The notes beneath the pieces are model-generated. The model did no database searches, was not told the origin of the DNA, and worked only from the letters and a program-made list of their open reading frames with translations. A stretch of DNA of 64,000 bases from Blasia pusilla (Eukaryota), in NCBI GenBank assembly GCA_050084515.1, contig CM114271.1, positions 46,376,001-46,440,000 on the forward strand, written 5' to 3'. Below, piece after piece: positions 40,901-52,949 of the stretch (position 1 is the first letter of the stretch; the number at the start of each line of letters is the position of its first letter). A program made the translations under genes and the position numbers.

Positions 40901-43900
40901 TGTCAACAATCTGAAATGAGATCTGCACCAAGTGGGTAGACTCAAATGGTTGTCAGTCTCCTCGAGTGTTTCATTGCAAACAAAATCTTCTCACTGGTCC
41001 CTTATTGCATCACATGCTGAAGTTGCAAAGCAGGGACTTTTCAAGTCACTAAAACAGTAGAGCTTTGGTTTTCTTGACCGTGATAGAGACTCTTATAATG
41101 CTTTTTGTCTTAGGTGGTGTATCCACTATAGGGAAGGATGTTCCGCATGAAGGGCCCTGTTGTGGTACAAAGGAGCTTGCTATTTCTCAGTTTTGAGCTT
41201 TTGTTGGATTAATTTTTATTTTTCTGCACAGTTGAGTAGTGTTGTATCTGAACAGCGCTTAAAAACCTGTTTCTATTCTGTCTCAGGAGTGGCTGACTGT
41301 ACAAGAAGAGGCCAAGAAGAGGGATCACCGGGTTGTTGGTCTGCACCAGGACCTATTTTTCTTTCATCCCCTAAGGTCCTTATCACTCACATCATAGCTG
41401 TTATTCGGAAAAGTTGTGGATTCAGATGGAACCAAGGCAATGATCTGGGCTTCACCTTGATGAAGACGTACATTTAGGGAGAGAGTGTGTTTCTATTACA
41501 TCTTGTGATTTCATTTATCATGCCATGTGCAAACTAGTCATTGTCCTGGTTGGTTACAAGCTCTTAGTTGTTCAATGGTTCATGCACACTTTGCAGTCCA
41601 GGGAGCTGCTTCTTTCTGCCACATGGTACAAGGATTTATAACAAATTGGTGGAATTCATCCGAACAGAGTATAAGAAGAGGGGTTATGAGGAAGTATGAC
41701 ACCTTGTCATCACACTCGCAGTGACTTGCTTTTGTTCATCTTCTTGAAATCTGTGCATACTTTGGAAGATTTTCTGAATAAGCTGGTAATAATTGAAGAA
41801 CAAGAATCATGATATAATCCTGTTAGTGATTCTGTCAGGTGGTTTCACCTAATATGTTCAATATGCAACTGTGGGAGACATCTGGACATGCAGCCAAATA
41901 CAAAGAAAACATGTTTTGTGTTGAGGTTTGCTCTCTATTCTCGCAACACATGATTCTAGAGGTTTTATGTCTTTTGCTAGTCATTCAAATTGGAGTCTGT
42001 TTTTCTGCTCACTAACTAAAAGTAAATTGAGTTACATTAGTGATAACGGATAGACTTCCATGACTCATTGGCCCTGTTATCCATTCTTCTGTGGCAGCTC
42101 CGTGCTCTTAAGAAATTGTCTCCCCAATTCAAACTTCTGTTCATCTCCCAGCAGTGGTGACCATAAGTGAAAACTTGTGGGGATTTCTGAGTTGTCCTCA
42201 CTCTATTCTTGAGAGGTGGTGAAGTCAGGGAATAGTCGTGGCAACTTTACTTATATCTGTGGTAGTTGGTGACAACACGCTGCATTTACTATGCCAGTTG
42301 GATAGTTTATGGCGGGAACTTAGTATTTTTTGTTTTTCTTCCTTTTCCTCTGTAATGCTGTTAAAGTCATCTCTAAGCCTGATATTTTTTATGGTACCTT
42401 CCAGGGTTAGTGTTTGGAGTGAGATATCATGGTCTGTAATTACGCCTCTTGGATTCTCTTCACCCTTTATTGGTCACAGTGGTGTTTTAGAAATAATAGG
42501 CATGTAGAATCCCGATCTTTGTCTGTCCCAAGTGTGTTTGTGATAAACATATCAGGTCTTTTTCAACCATTAATTTCAGCTCTTTGTTAATCAATGTTAC
42601 CTTTCGCAGATTGAAAAGCAAGAGTTTGGACTGAAGCCAATGAATTGCCCTGGTCATTGTCTTATCTTTGACCACAGAGTGCGGTCTTATAGAGGTGAGC
42701 ACAGTACACTGCTACAGTTTTTAATTTCAGAAAAGGTAGCGTAGACAAACTGTAACAGCTGGGAGTAAATGAGCGCCCAAGATAAGGCAATCTTTATGTT
42801 GAACTTGATATCTTCCAAAGTGTAAGTAAAATGGGTTGTCAGTTAATTTTAAGTACTTGTTCAGAGCTGCCTCTACGACTTGCGGACTTTGGAGTACTGC
42901 ATCGTAATGAACTCAGCGGTGCACTGTCGGGCCTCACCCGTGTTAGACGTTTCCAACAGGTAAATTTCAAAGATCTTGCTTTCTTGTTCTATCCGACTCC
43001 TCAATGTCAGACATTCAATTTCTGGAAGTAGCTGTTCAATTGACTTGTGAGCAAACAGATTATTGATTTGTGAATGTCAAACTAGTTAAGCTGACTGAAA
43101 TGAGAGGTCCTTTGTTGATGTGTTGGGCCTTCAGTGCCAAGAAGTTACAAGAGTTCAGGCAAAGCCAGAGACACGTGAGAAACCTAGAATGGCTGAGTTG
43201 TTGCTGCTAATTACATGTGTATAAAGCTGATCATGGAGCTATGGTAAACAAATATCGCATGTCACAAGCTTGTGCCGTTTGTGTCTCTGCTGATGATTGA
43301 ATAAAATGCATGACGTCATGTGTGATGTAACATGGATATTTGTTTTCAAAAGATGAACACTTTCTCTATCTTTCCTTCGAAGATGGCTTGGCCGAAAGTT
43401 ATGAATGAATCTCTGAAGGGAACTCCAAAGATACAGAGTTTTTCTAATAATTTATGGTGTATTCTTTCTGGGTTTTACAGGATGATGCACACATATTTTG
43501 CATGGAATCACAGGTAAGTTGGGCCGATTTTTGGCTCAAGTGCACTTTTTTTCTGATTGTTAGTAGTTTAAATGTGTATGATGTTACAGAGTAGAACAAT
43601 TTTGCTATTAAATTCAGAAGCTCTTAGAAGCAATGTCTGTTCTAAGCTTTTAAAACGTAGTACCTGGCTTATCTGTACAGATCAAGGAGGAGGTCATGGG
43701 AGTTCTAAATTTTCTTGAGTACACGTATAAAATTTTTGGCTTTACTTACGATCTTGAGCTGTCCACGGTAACACCCTAATTCCCAACCTTCATCTGAGCC
43801 TGGTCGTGACTCCCATACTGTCACTAGCCCACATTAGAGCAGGACAGGCTTTTCATACTATCTGATTATGACGTTCTGAGTTCTGTTCGATTATGCTCTT

Positions 43901-45700
43901 CCCTGGGTGTGGTGTTTGATTGATGTTGAAACTTATGCTGTTAGTTACGATTGCAAACAGAGACCAGAGAATTATTTGGGGGAGATTGAGGCTTGGAACC
44001 GAGCAGAAGCTGGGCTGACAGAGGCATTAAATGCATTTGGAAAGCCATGGCAGGTACAGCATGTGTTTCTGGTAGCTGTATTTTGTGAAGAGGAGTTGTC
44101 TGACTGTATGACTGCTGAATTACACCAGATGAAATAATGAGAAGTCTTTCAAAAAGATTTTGCTGGCTAGTGAATATGAGGGAATATTCAAGACTTAATG
44201 ACTTTTGTTCATATTTGTGGGTTTGTTTTCTGCAGATCAATGAAGGGGATGGTGCATTTTATGGTCCTAAGATAGACATTACTGTCTTCGATGCATTGAA
44301 GAGAAAATTCCAATGTGCCACTATACAGGTAAGCATGTTTCCTGGCTAGTGAGCTTTCACACTGGCGGGACTATTTTTAATTTTTGGCATACACAATATG
44401 CCCCGCACAGAATATTAAGCAAGATTTTTCTTTTCAAGGAATGTTGTCAGACTCATTAGTGAACGGAGTTTCATCTTATTCCAGGTCATGTAAAGGATTG
44501 TTATAAGGTTTTTTCTGGTCTCAGGTTGCACAATTTTAGAAATTGTCTAGATGTTCACTTGGAAAAATAGATTTTCCCTCATTGAGTATTTGGAGGAATT
44601 CTTCCATGTTCTGCTTTAAGCATTCTCGGTTGTCTCTGTGAAGTATTCTAATTTCCTTGGTCTTTTAAGCTGACCACTAGATGATCTTGGATGCTGATCG
44701 TAGCTGTTTGTGTCTTGGCAAATAATCAGCTAGATTTCCAGCTTCCTATTCGGTTTAAGCTGAAATATTCTACACAAGATGAAGCAGAGATGGGGAGGCC
44801 TGTAATTATACACAGGGCAATACTAGGATCTGTTGAAAGGATGTTTGCTATTCTCTTGGAGCATTATGCCGGGAAGTGGCCTTTCTGGTTGAGTCCGCGG
44901 CAAGCAATCGTGTGTCCCATTTCAAAGAAGTTTGTGGATTACGCAATGAAGGTATTTTTCACGGACAGAAGAATTCGTTAATGCTACGAATCTCACAAAT
45001 GATGGCACAAGTACATAGTACAGTATACTTTCACTTCGGCCTCCACAATAGGTCAGATTTGTCGCATAAGCAGAAACAGACAGACAGTGATTCTTCAATG
45101 TCTGATGCACGGTCGATAATGTTCTTGAGACAGGTTAGAGATGAACTACACACCGCAGGCTTCTATGCGGAAGCAGATACTTCAGACAAGAAGATTGATA
45201 AGAAGGTGATGCTAATCCCCCTTCTTAGTGTCCAATTTATGAATGAGTTGAGTTTACTGCATAGGCAAGTATTTGTGAGTTTTAAGGCTTGAGACTACTT
45301 TGCACACAAGGCACTAATCATAATTAAGCTACTGTAATGTGCAGGTCCGAGAGGCACAGTTGAATCAGTTCAATTATATTCTGGTTGTTGGGGAGGCCGA
45401 GGCGAGTTCTGGAGAGGTATTGTTCAATTTTTGATAGCTCTGTTAAATGATTCTCTTGTAGTTCAGGTTGAACACGCCTACAACAGAAGTATGAAACTTT
45501 ATCTCATGAGCCACAGGCTCCTGTTCAGATTCAAAAGACATCTGTTAAGGCGTGACCGGACTATGTAATCTTCTTACCTGGTGGGGGTGTGATGTTTCCT
45601 GCAGGTAAATGTTCGCACACGTGATAATGTAGTGCGTGGTAAGAAACCGGTTTCAGAATTGCTGGCAGAGTTAAAAGCAGAGGCAGAAGCATTTCACTAA
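37950..45700 (+). CDS. THRRS: Threonyl-tRNA synthetase, eukaryotic cytosolic type (~729 aa)
   Basis: Exons 37950-38236, 38498-38609, 38850-38975, 39422-39481, 39782-39871, 40096-40170, 40350-40478, 40778-40867, 41287-41375, 41597-41693, 41839-41925, 42610-42694, 42865-42959, 43481-43513, 43681-43767, 43961-44053, 44236-44328, 44730-44951, 45134-45205, 45345-45416, 45605-45700 join in frame (2190 nt), all GT-AG. Motifs: TGS domain ITLPDG, editing domain [10 protein letters not shown] and [58 protein letters not shown] and [11 protein letters not shown]. Confidence 0.98.
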
Positions 45701-47049
45701 CCTTATCCACACTTCCTCTACCAACAAGGATACAAACTAGTGTCGTAAGGTTGGGCATAAAGTGAAAGCTGTTGGGAGGTTCTGTAGTTCATCCTCTTTT
45801 ATCTATGTCCAGTGAGACACAGTACAGGAGTATGGAATAGACGTCACGTCACGAGGGTGTATGATGAACTCCAGCTTAATCTGGTTGGTATGCAAAAGTA
45901 TATTGAAATGGTGGCTGGAGTAGCCCTGTTCCTGGCTTTCACTGCTGTCTTTGTATCTTGTATCTACACCCAGGAGTGAAGCTGCCTTTGAAACCACTTT
46001 CACCTTCCTTGAAACACTGGTCACTGGTCTGAATGTGGGTAAAGTGCTGGGACATACAGATCACAGTTCCAAGAAAAACATCATCAGGAGAATGGATCCT
46101 ATTTCGTGAAGATGTAAACTTGATTAGGTTAAGTCTCTTGTAGCGAGAAAAGGTGGCACATGCAGACCACATCCTTATTGTGGAAATAGAGAAGGTTCGA
46201 AAGCTGACCTTCATCTATGACACTGTAAGTTGGCATCATCTTGTGGTCCGAGAGCTTGCAGTTCCTCTGGTGACGAAGCTCTCTTAACCGATGTCCTTGT
46301 GATGCAATGGCTGAATGGCCATAACAAATCCTGAGATACAATTTTCTCAAAGCTTTACTAGGTAGAGTCTCTTGTGATATGGAATTTGGTATCTAAGGAA
46401 GTTCTTTGGAGCAGCCCAGGAGGATTGAATTTTGCTTGTTAAGGCAATAATTCACTAACGGAGATATCGTCCGAAGTTGAATGGTGATTGGGCTCCGATA
46501 GTCGGGAGCTGTAAAGAAATGGGATAGGGGAGGGAAGAAATGTAGTTTTTCAATATGCGGAAATGGAAGAGTTTGAAGTCTTACAATCCCTGGCAACTAG
46601 TATCTATACTACCAATATATGCATCTCTGTGAACGCACCAGTGCGAATGTCCATACTGGACGTACATCACTAATATATGATGTACTAGAATGATTTTCCT
46701 CCAACATCACCTTCAATCTTGTCAATTGGGAAGTCAGCAGATTTTATCGAAGAAAGACCTCCTCTTGTTAAATCATATAATTTAAATCAAATGAGAAACG
46801 AAACAATTTTCTGAAATATTTCGTTTTTAGATATGTCGTGATTCTTACTTTCGAATCCGTGCTTTCATCTCAAACAAATATTTTGAGTTCAGGACAAACA
46901 TAAGCCATCAGTTGCCTCATTTAAAGATAGGACTTTATTATAATACTCAGAACCCACTGAGAATGAAACGTGCAAACATTCCCTCATTCATTCAGATGTT
47001 TTAAAGTAGTCTTCAACTCAATCCTTTTCAATAGGTAAAGTTGATATAA

Positions 47050-47083
47050 CATTTTTGGTACATGAACTCATGTACCAAAAATG
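47050..47083. repeat. Perfect 16-bp-arm palindrome
   Basis: CATTTTTGGTACATGA-ac-TCATGTACCAAAAATG. Confidence 0.9.
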
Positions 47084-48777
47084 GTCTATGTTATGGTTCT
47101 GACATGGCAACACCTCAAGTGTTCCTAAACCCTACATGTATTTCAGGAGGAGAGATGTTAACACGGGGTAGTGCGGGTACCCTCAAGAGTGGGAAACTCG
47201 AACCATCCTTGACATAACCACATAGACGAGCCGAGAAGTAAATAGAAGGTTAATGGAGAATCTTCAAAACCATATGTACCAAATGTAAGGGAACATGAAA
47301 AAAATTGGCTATGATTTGTAATTAAATGGATTATCTTACGTGTATAAACCTAATTTTATTTTGGGGGTTATCTCGTAAGTAGTCTTTCGAAATGAGATGG
47401 TCGGGTTAGATTTCACCTCTCACAAGTTTTATCATATCTTTCTTCTCTTGCTTAGGGAAGCTCTCTCTTGGCGCATATTATTATTACGATTTTCAAGCAT
47501 ATGTTTGAATCGTGCAAAAAAGAAGATGTTTGTTGAATTTGTGTGAAGCAGACCGAGTTGGAGCTATTCACTCTCGACCAACTCACCATTCTTTTCATCA
47601 TGTTTGCATTCTGCATGTGCATCCCGACATACCACTTCACGTTGGATCAAAGCGTATTTGGCTTGCGTAGTGGCGGGGCCTTAAAGTGAGTTAGTAGTTA
47701 TAATTGGGGCCTACATAATGCAATCTTTTATTTGAAAAAAATTTAATCACCTTTTATTTATAATAATTTAATTTAATTTAATTAAACTTTTCTTTTCATT
47801 AAAAAAGCCTAACGTACTAGTTTTCGTGCACAAACATCTCTTAATTGACGTCGTCCCCATCAATAGAAGTCCATTATACTACCATAATTTCCAACTCGTA
47901 TAATTAGGCAACGATGTTTCTCCCTACGGGACATGATCAGACGGGGCTACAAGCGTATTAATCAATCATAGTGCTCTAACTTTCTTCGCTACGTATGTTC
48001 CCCTCCTACTAGATACCTCTTAAATACACGCATTCATCTCGTCCTTCTCCCCTTTCTTCCATTCTCACACTCTCATTACCTCAATAGGAATTCGAGATTT
48101 ACTCACAAAGACCCACACCCAACAAATGACAATAATACCCCCAGACGTACCCGCTCATACTCTAAGTCTCTAACGGTGTATAGCCGAGTTAAGAGGCAGT
48201 TCATGGAAGTAGAATGTTCTCAGGATGGGCAGTGACGACAGTCCCAGAGCGTAGAAATGTAGAATCATGCAACGACGTACATGAAACAGCGAAGGTACCC
48301 TCTTAAGTTCGTTCGTTCGTTCCCATTTCGAATCGCCGCCCAATTTCGTTCGTTTGCTTTAGAAAGTGGGACGCGATTTGTGTCCGTTGATGGTTGAGAC
48401 GCTCGGTAATTGCAGGTCGTGAGTCATGGCCTCGGGAGTAATTGAATGATCGACTTTTCGAGGGGTTTGAATGTGCGAAGGGAGTAAGGCGTAATGGACA
48501 GTAATGAGGATGAGGGTGTAATTGCGCTAACCGGGCCGATCCCCTCTGTCGCTAGTGCGTATCGTGCACGGACGTAGCTGCAGTAGAAGTACGCGTACAG
48601 AAGAGGATTGTAATGGAGGCGGTGTCGGATTAGAGCGATTTGAAGATCTCGCGGAGAAAGAATTAGGTCGGGTCAGGTCTTAGCGTTGGTGCGATCTTGG
48701 CGATGGTGGAAGGGACGTGAGATTGAACTTTGAAGCGTCCGGAGCCGAGAAGACGTAATGATAGTATGCTATTTTCT

Positions 48778-49725
48778 GACAGGCCTCTTGGCTCGTAGAC
48801 AGGCCGATTTCTTTTGGAGGAGTAGGTCTTCTCTCGACCGAGTTAGTGGCGCCCTCCGCTTTTTTAGGGAGTTGGGCCGCAGTGACACCCTTCCTTTGCT
48901 CCCGATTTTTGGTTAGAGATAGACCGCTCCTTCTACATTACGTCTCCCAGGTCGAGGATGGCTCTTTCACTTCAGTCTTCACTCAGCTTGTAGAGATTCC
49001 CTTGAGTTGAGGCGAGCCGTTCTCCCCACTTTCTCCTCCTTAGTTACCTCCGGTCGATCGGGCTCCAATCTTCCTTGATGGAAGCCCACTTTGAGGCAGT
49101 TTTTAGAGGCACTATGTCTGACGGGAATATCCCCATGGAGGTTAGGGTATTCGCTCTTGCTCGGAAAAGGGAAGCTCATGGGTAGGGGCGCCCCTTCTCG
49201 AGCTTTCCGTTCGCACCACTTACCTATACCACAGCGATGCGGTTCCGCTTGGGGACGAGTGTCGGATCCACTTGGTGTGCACGCTGTCGATTGGGGGTGA
49301 GAGGATCGATGCAAAGGCGGGATATCATGTTCGGATTGCTCGGGAGAGTGGCTTCCAAGAGAGGCACTACTCATGCGGGATTCCCTCATTCGTGCCGATC
49401 TCTACATGACACGTGGGGAGGTGGTTGTGGCGGACGTGGTAGTCACGAGATCCTACGCGGGAGGCGGTGCGAGCCCAAGTGGTGGCCCAAGGCGAATGCT
49501 ACAAGGAGCGGCGTTGGCGGCGCGAAGAAGACACATATCTACAATCGACTACACGAGGACACATCTTCATCCCCCCGGATGCGCCCATCATCTCCACTCG
49601 AAAAATGGGTTGAATTTGTATTGTAGGCGGCGGGTCTCCATAGCGTTGCAGGCGTGCCAGGCTAATGGGATTTTGCGGCGGGCTCGGAGCGTGGGAGACG
49701 CTAGAGGCCCATAGTAGTAGTCATA
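48778..49725 (+). mobile_element. 5'-truncated CRE-like (RLE-type) non-LTR retrotransposon relic, copy 1
   Basis: LLARRQA..ISFGGVGLLSTELVAPSAFLGSWAAVTP; knuckle remnant DPLGVHAV..GSMQRRD; RLE-like RADLYMTRGEVVVADVVVT; C-terminal CRRRVSIALQACQANGILRRA; then a short (TAG)3 tail. Frameshifted. Confidence 0.75.
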
Positions 49726-50969
49726 ACTCTCTTGTTGTTGCTGATATTGTCTCTGCTGTTGGTGAGTTTCGTCGTTAGGGGGGAGAATGCCCCCTTCTTC
49801 CTTTTCTGGTCCTGTTGTGTTCTGTTTGACTCTTTGAGTCCCCCTCTTTTGTACTTCCGATGGGTTTTCCATCACTCGTTTTTATCGAAGTGCATCTTTG
49901 TTCTATTTTCTGATACGAATGGAGTCACTGCACGGGAGTAGAAGGATGATGGTTAGGGGGGAGCGCGCGGTGTTTGGAGGACGATTGTGTTATGGGAGGA
50001 GGCACCTTTAAAGCGGTGTGGCTACGAGCAGACGACAGTGGCTGATGAATGCGAATGGGAGTGATGAGCTTTTTGGGAGGAGACGGGCCGCCAAAAGTGG
50101 TGAGAGAGAAAGTACCGAACAGCCGATTAGAAAGTAATGGCACGACAGAATGTTTATTACCTTCGAAGACGATAGCTGATGGTGCACGTTATGATCGTAA
50201 TGACGTTCGGCCCGGAAGAATATCCTGGTATTGATGGATGGATGATCGTGGGGAATACGGAGACGGTAATATTATTACGGTCAAGTGTGGGGTGACTGGC
50301 GCTTGATGGAATACAGTTAATAGACCCCTTCAAATATTGAGAGACACCGCAGGAAGATTCTGGATGGAGAATGACGGGATAGGGGTAAAAAGCGAGAAGG
50401 ACGATTAGGAAATTGGAATTTGGAAATGCAACGGCAGGCGGTGGAGTGTCCAGAGAGAATTTTGCTGAGTCGCGGCCGTAGAAAAGGAACGGGCGTAATT
50501 GCCGCGACGCACGTGCTTCCGCTGCCACTAGATATATACATATAAATATGTGCGAAAAAACCAAAACGCTCGGTAGGCTGTCCTCCGGAACGCTGAAAGT
50601 CATGGAAACTTGATTTCTGGAGAGAATTTCACGTACTCGTCCGCTCTCACGAGCGCGAGGCGCAAATTTTTTCACGCTGACAGGCGCAGAAGCCCGTGAT
50701 TTGCGTTTGAATTTTGGGAATCCATCGACGTTCACGATTTCGGCCAATTCGCTTTGTACAGATGGCTCACGAAGATCGAGAACCGGACAACGAAAGGTAG
50801 CGAAGATCTCCACCGCCGGTAGGGTATTCCAGGACCCAGGCGTGCACGAGGTCGCTTGGCCCACGAGAGATTGAGCCCAGAGAACAAACTTCAAGTCTTC
50901 AACCAAGTCCGTAAACCTGTGCAAAAACAATTAGTTTAATTATTTGAGGAAACCGTTCTTCAGTGCTGC

Positions 50970-50997
50970 TGACCGATCTGAAACTTCAGATCGGTCA
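50970..50997. repeat. Perfect 13-bp-arm palindrome
   Basis: TGACCGATCTGAA-ac-TTCAGATCGGTCA. Confidence 0.85.
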
Positions 50998-51891
50998 CAG
51001 GACAACACAACGGTCCACTTCTTCACGAGTGGGAACGGAACCTCGGGCATAGCGGATTGGAGGCGCTACGCATCGAATGCATCTGCGCCTCCGGACATTT
51101 TGTCGGCCCATCGTTCCTCGTGGTTTCATTTCATAAGTCGGTAGTCGGTACAGGACAGTACCGCGATTCAAAGTTCAACCGACGGCTTCCTCCAATGCCA
51201 AACCGAAGACCTCAGTCTTGCCGGTCGAGCGTACGCCCTTACACTCTACAGAGATCCCGTATATAACTCAGCGCTCGAAGCAGTCGGGAACACGTTGGGA
51301 GCGATCTCCTTCTCTTTCTTTTTCTTTCCGTCTCCGCCATCGCCGAGTGATTAGGGCCGGGAAGAGCGCCAAGATTTCGGACCGATCATTTAAGGAGTTC
51401 GTTCCCAAAGAGTAGGGTACTAGGGTGTGAGTCTCAGCCTCTCAGCGGCAAGCGGCGCATCATGCGAGTTGAGCGAGAGATACGATCACTGGCCGCAGTA
51501 AATCTTCGATTGTGCTCGAAGTCAATCCACCGCATTCAATGATTGGAAGTGATGGTAGTTCCCGCGTATCGAGCTCCGGCTTTCGGCATGTGATGTGATG
51601 TGATGTGATCTCCGAACCACCAAATCGCCACACCTCTACAGTTTACGTTTACGTGTGGGCATCAGTTCGCCCTAAACTCAGGACATCGCAGGATTCAAAC
51701 TTTCATCGTGTTCAGCATAATGCTGATTATTATGACTCGGAGTTAAATGCGTTGCCTACTCCTCTCGAACTCAGCGGTTCAGCGGTGGCTCTAGCAAACT
51801 AGCACTCAACCCTCACTCGTTTAGCTTCTCTATTTATCGACTTTAACCGATATGAGGCGGTGGGCGAGTTTGGTTTTGGTGGGAGAGAGAC

Positions 51892-51940
51892 ACATTTGTA
51901 GTTCGTATACATCATGAGTTTGTATACGAACTACAAATGT
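51892..51940. repeat. Perfect 20-bp-arm hairpin
   Basis: ACATTTGTAGTTCGTATACA-tcatgagtt-TGTATACGAACTACAAATGT. Confidence 0.92.
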
Positions 51941-52075
51941 ATATTAGTTTAAGAAGGAGAAGTTTTTGGGAAAGGAAAACAATGAGAGGACGGGACCATT
52001 AGTTATGTATATCAAAAGATTGCAAACCACTAGTTATGAAGAAGAAGAATCCAAGGGAAGGCCAGTTGTGGAACT

Positions 52076-52232
52076 AGAATAAGAGGGAGGGGGAGTTATA
52101 TGTTTGTATGCGAGGAGTTGTATACCAAAGGAGGGGAAGGAGAATAAGAGGGAAGGGATTTATATGTTTGCATACGAAGGGAGGGGAAGTTTAGAATAGG
52201 AGAGAGAGGATTTATATGTTTGTATGCGAGGA
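52076..52232 (+). repeat. Three degenerate ~55-65-bp purine-rich direct repeats
   Basis: AGAATA(A/G)GAG...TTATATGTTTG(T/C)AT(G/A)CGA occurs three times. Confidence 0.75.
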
Positions 52233-52491
52233 AAGGATACGACGGGATGAAGTCGCACTAATCACCTAAATCTAAGTCACACATGTAGGAATTAGGTTCA
52301 ATTCACACGAGTCACACAATTAGGTTTAAAAATCGAAAAACACCCCAAAACTTCATCCACGGTATTGATGTGGATACCGAAATAACCTGCCCAACAGAGA
52401 TGCAAAACCAACTATATATGGAGTGGTCGTAAGTAACTCCTACAATAACGTCTCCAAAACAGAATTCCGGAGTAGCTTTCCTTCCCATTTA

Positions 52492-52739
52492 GGGCATGTC
52501 CCCATGGAAACCTCCTTCCGGTGCTAGCCTAGTTCCGCCGTGTCAGCGGCGGTCAAGCAATTCCGATTACGGAACGAGTTTAGGGATATCTATGATACAC
52601 TATAACGATCCAAGGATCATCCTTGGAATATCGGCGGCGTGATTTTTGCGGGATTGGTATTTGGTCCGTCGAATTTCAATCGTCGATCCCCAAGATCCGG
52701 GGCCCCGCGACCTTAGACTTACGCCATGGGGACATGTCC
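52492..52739. mobile_element. Tourist-like (PIF/Harbinger) MITE, 248 bp
   Basis: TIRs GGGCATGTCCCCATGG / CCATGGGGACATGTCC (15/16 match), flanked by TTA at 52489-52491 and 52740-52742. Confidence 0.85.
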
Positions 52740-52949
52740 TTAGGGCCTTATCCCATGTGCTCCCTACGGCGGAGACCTTAGAGAGTTCCCACCGAGAGAT
52801 CTCTCCTCATAATCGATCTCACCATTTTCATCTTATACTTATAGGCCTACAGAGAAATAACATATTGAAAATCTCCAAGTCAAGATGCATTATATATATA
52901 ATCTCTCTCTCCATAATCCCCAGTTATCAAGAGGTGAGATATCAAGTAG

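Noticed and set aside
45860-46035. Box C/D snoRNA (ATGATGA ... CTGA) downstream of ThrRS
   Set aside because: Boxes are ~170 nt apart with no terminal stem or recognisable guide; probably 3' UTR.
49641-49665. miR160 target-like sequence TAGCGTTGCAGGCGTGCCAGGCTA
   Set aside because: Needs several mismatches and bulges, and is explained as coding sequence (IALQACQA) of the CRE-like relic.
50157-50930. 257-aa minus-strand ORF as a protein-coding gene
   Set aside because: Non-ATG start and no recognisable motifs; long ORFs arise easily in GC-rich DNA.
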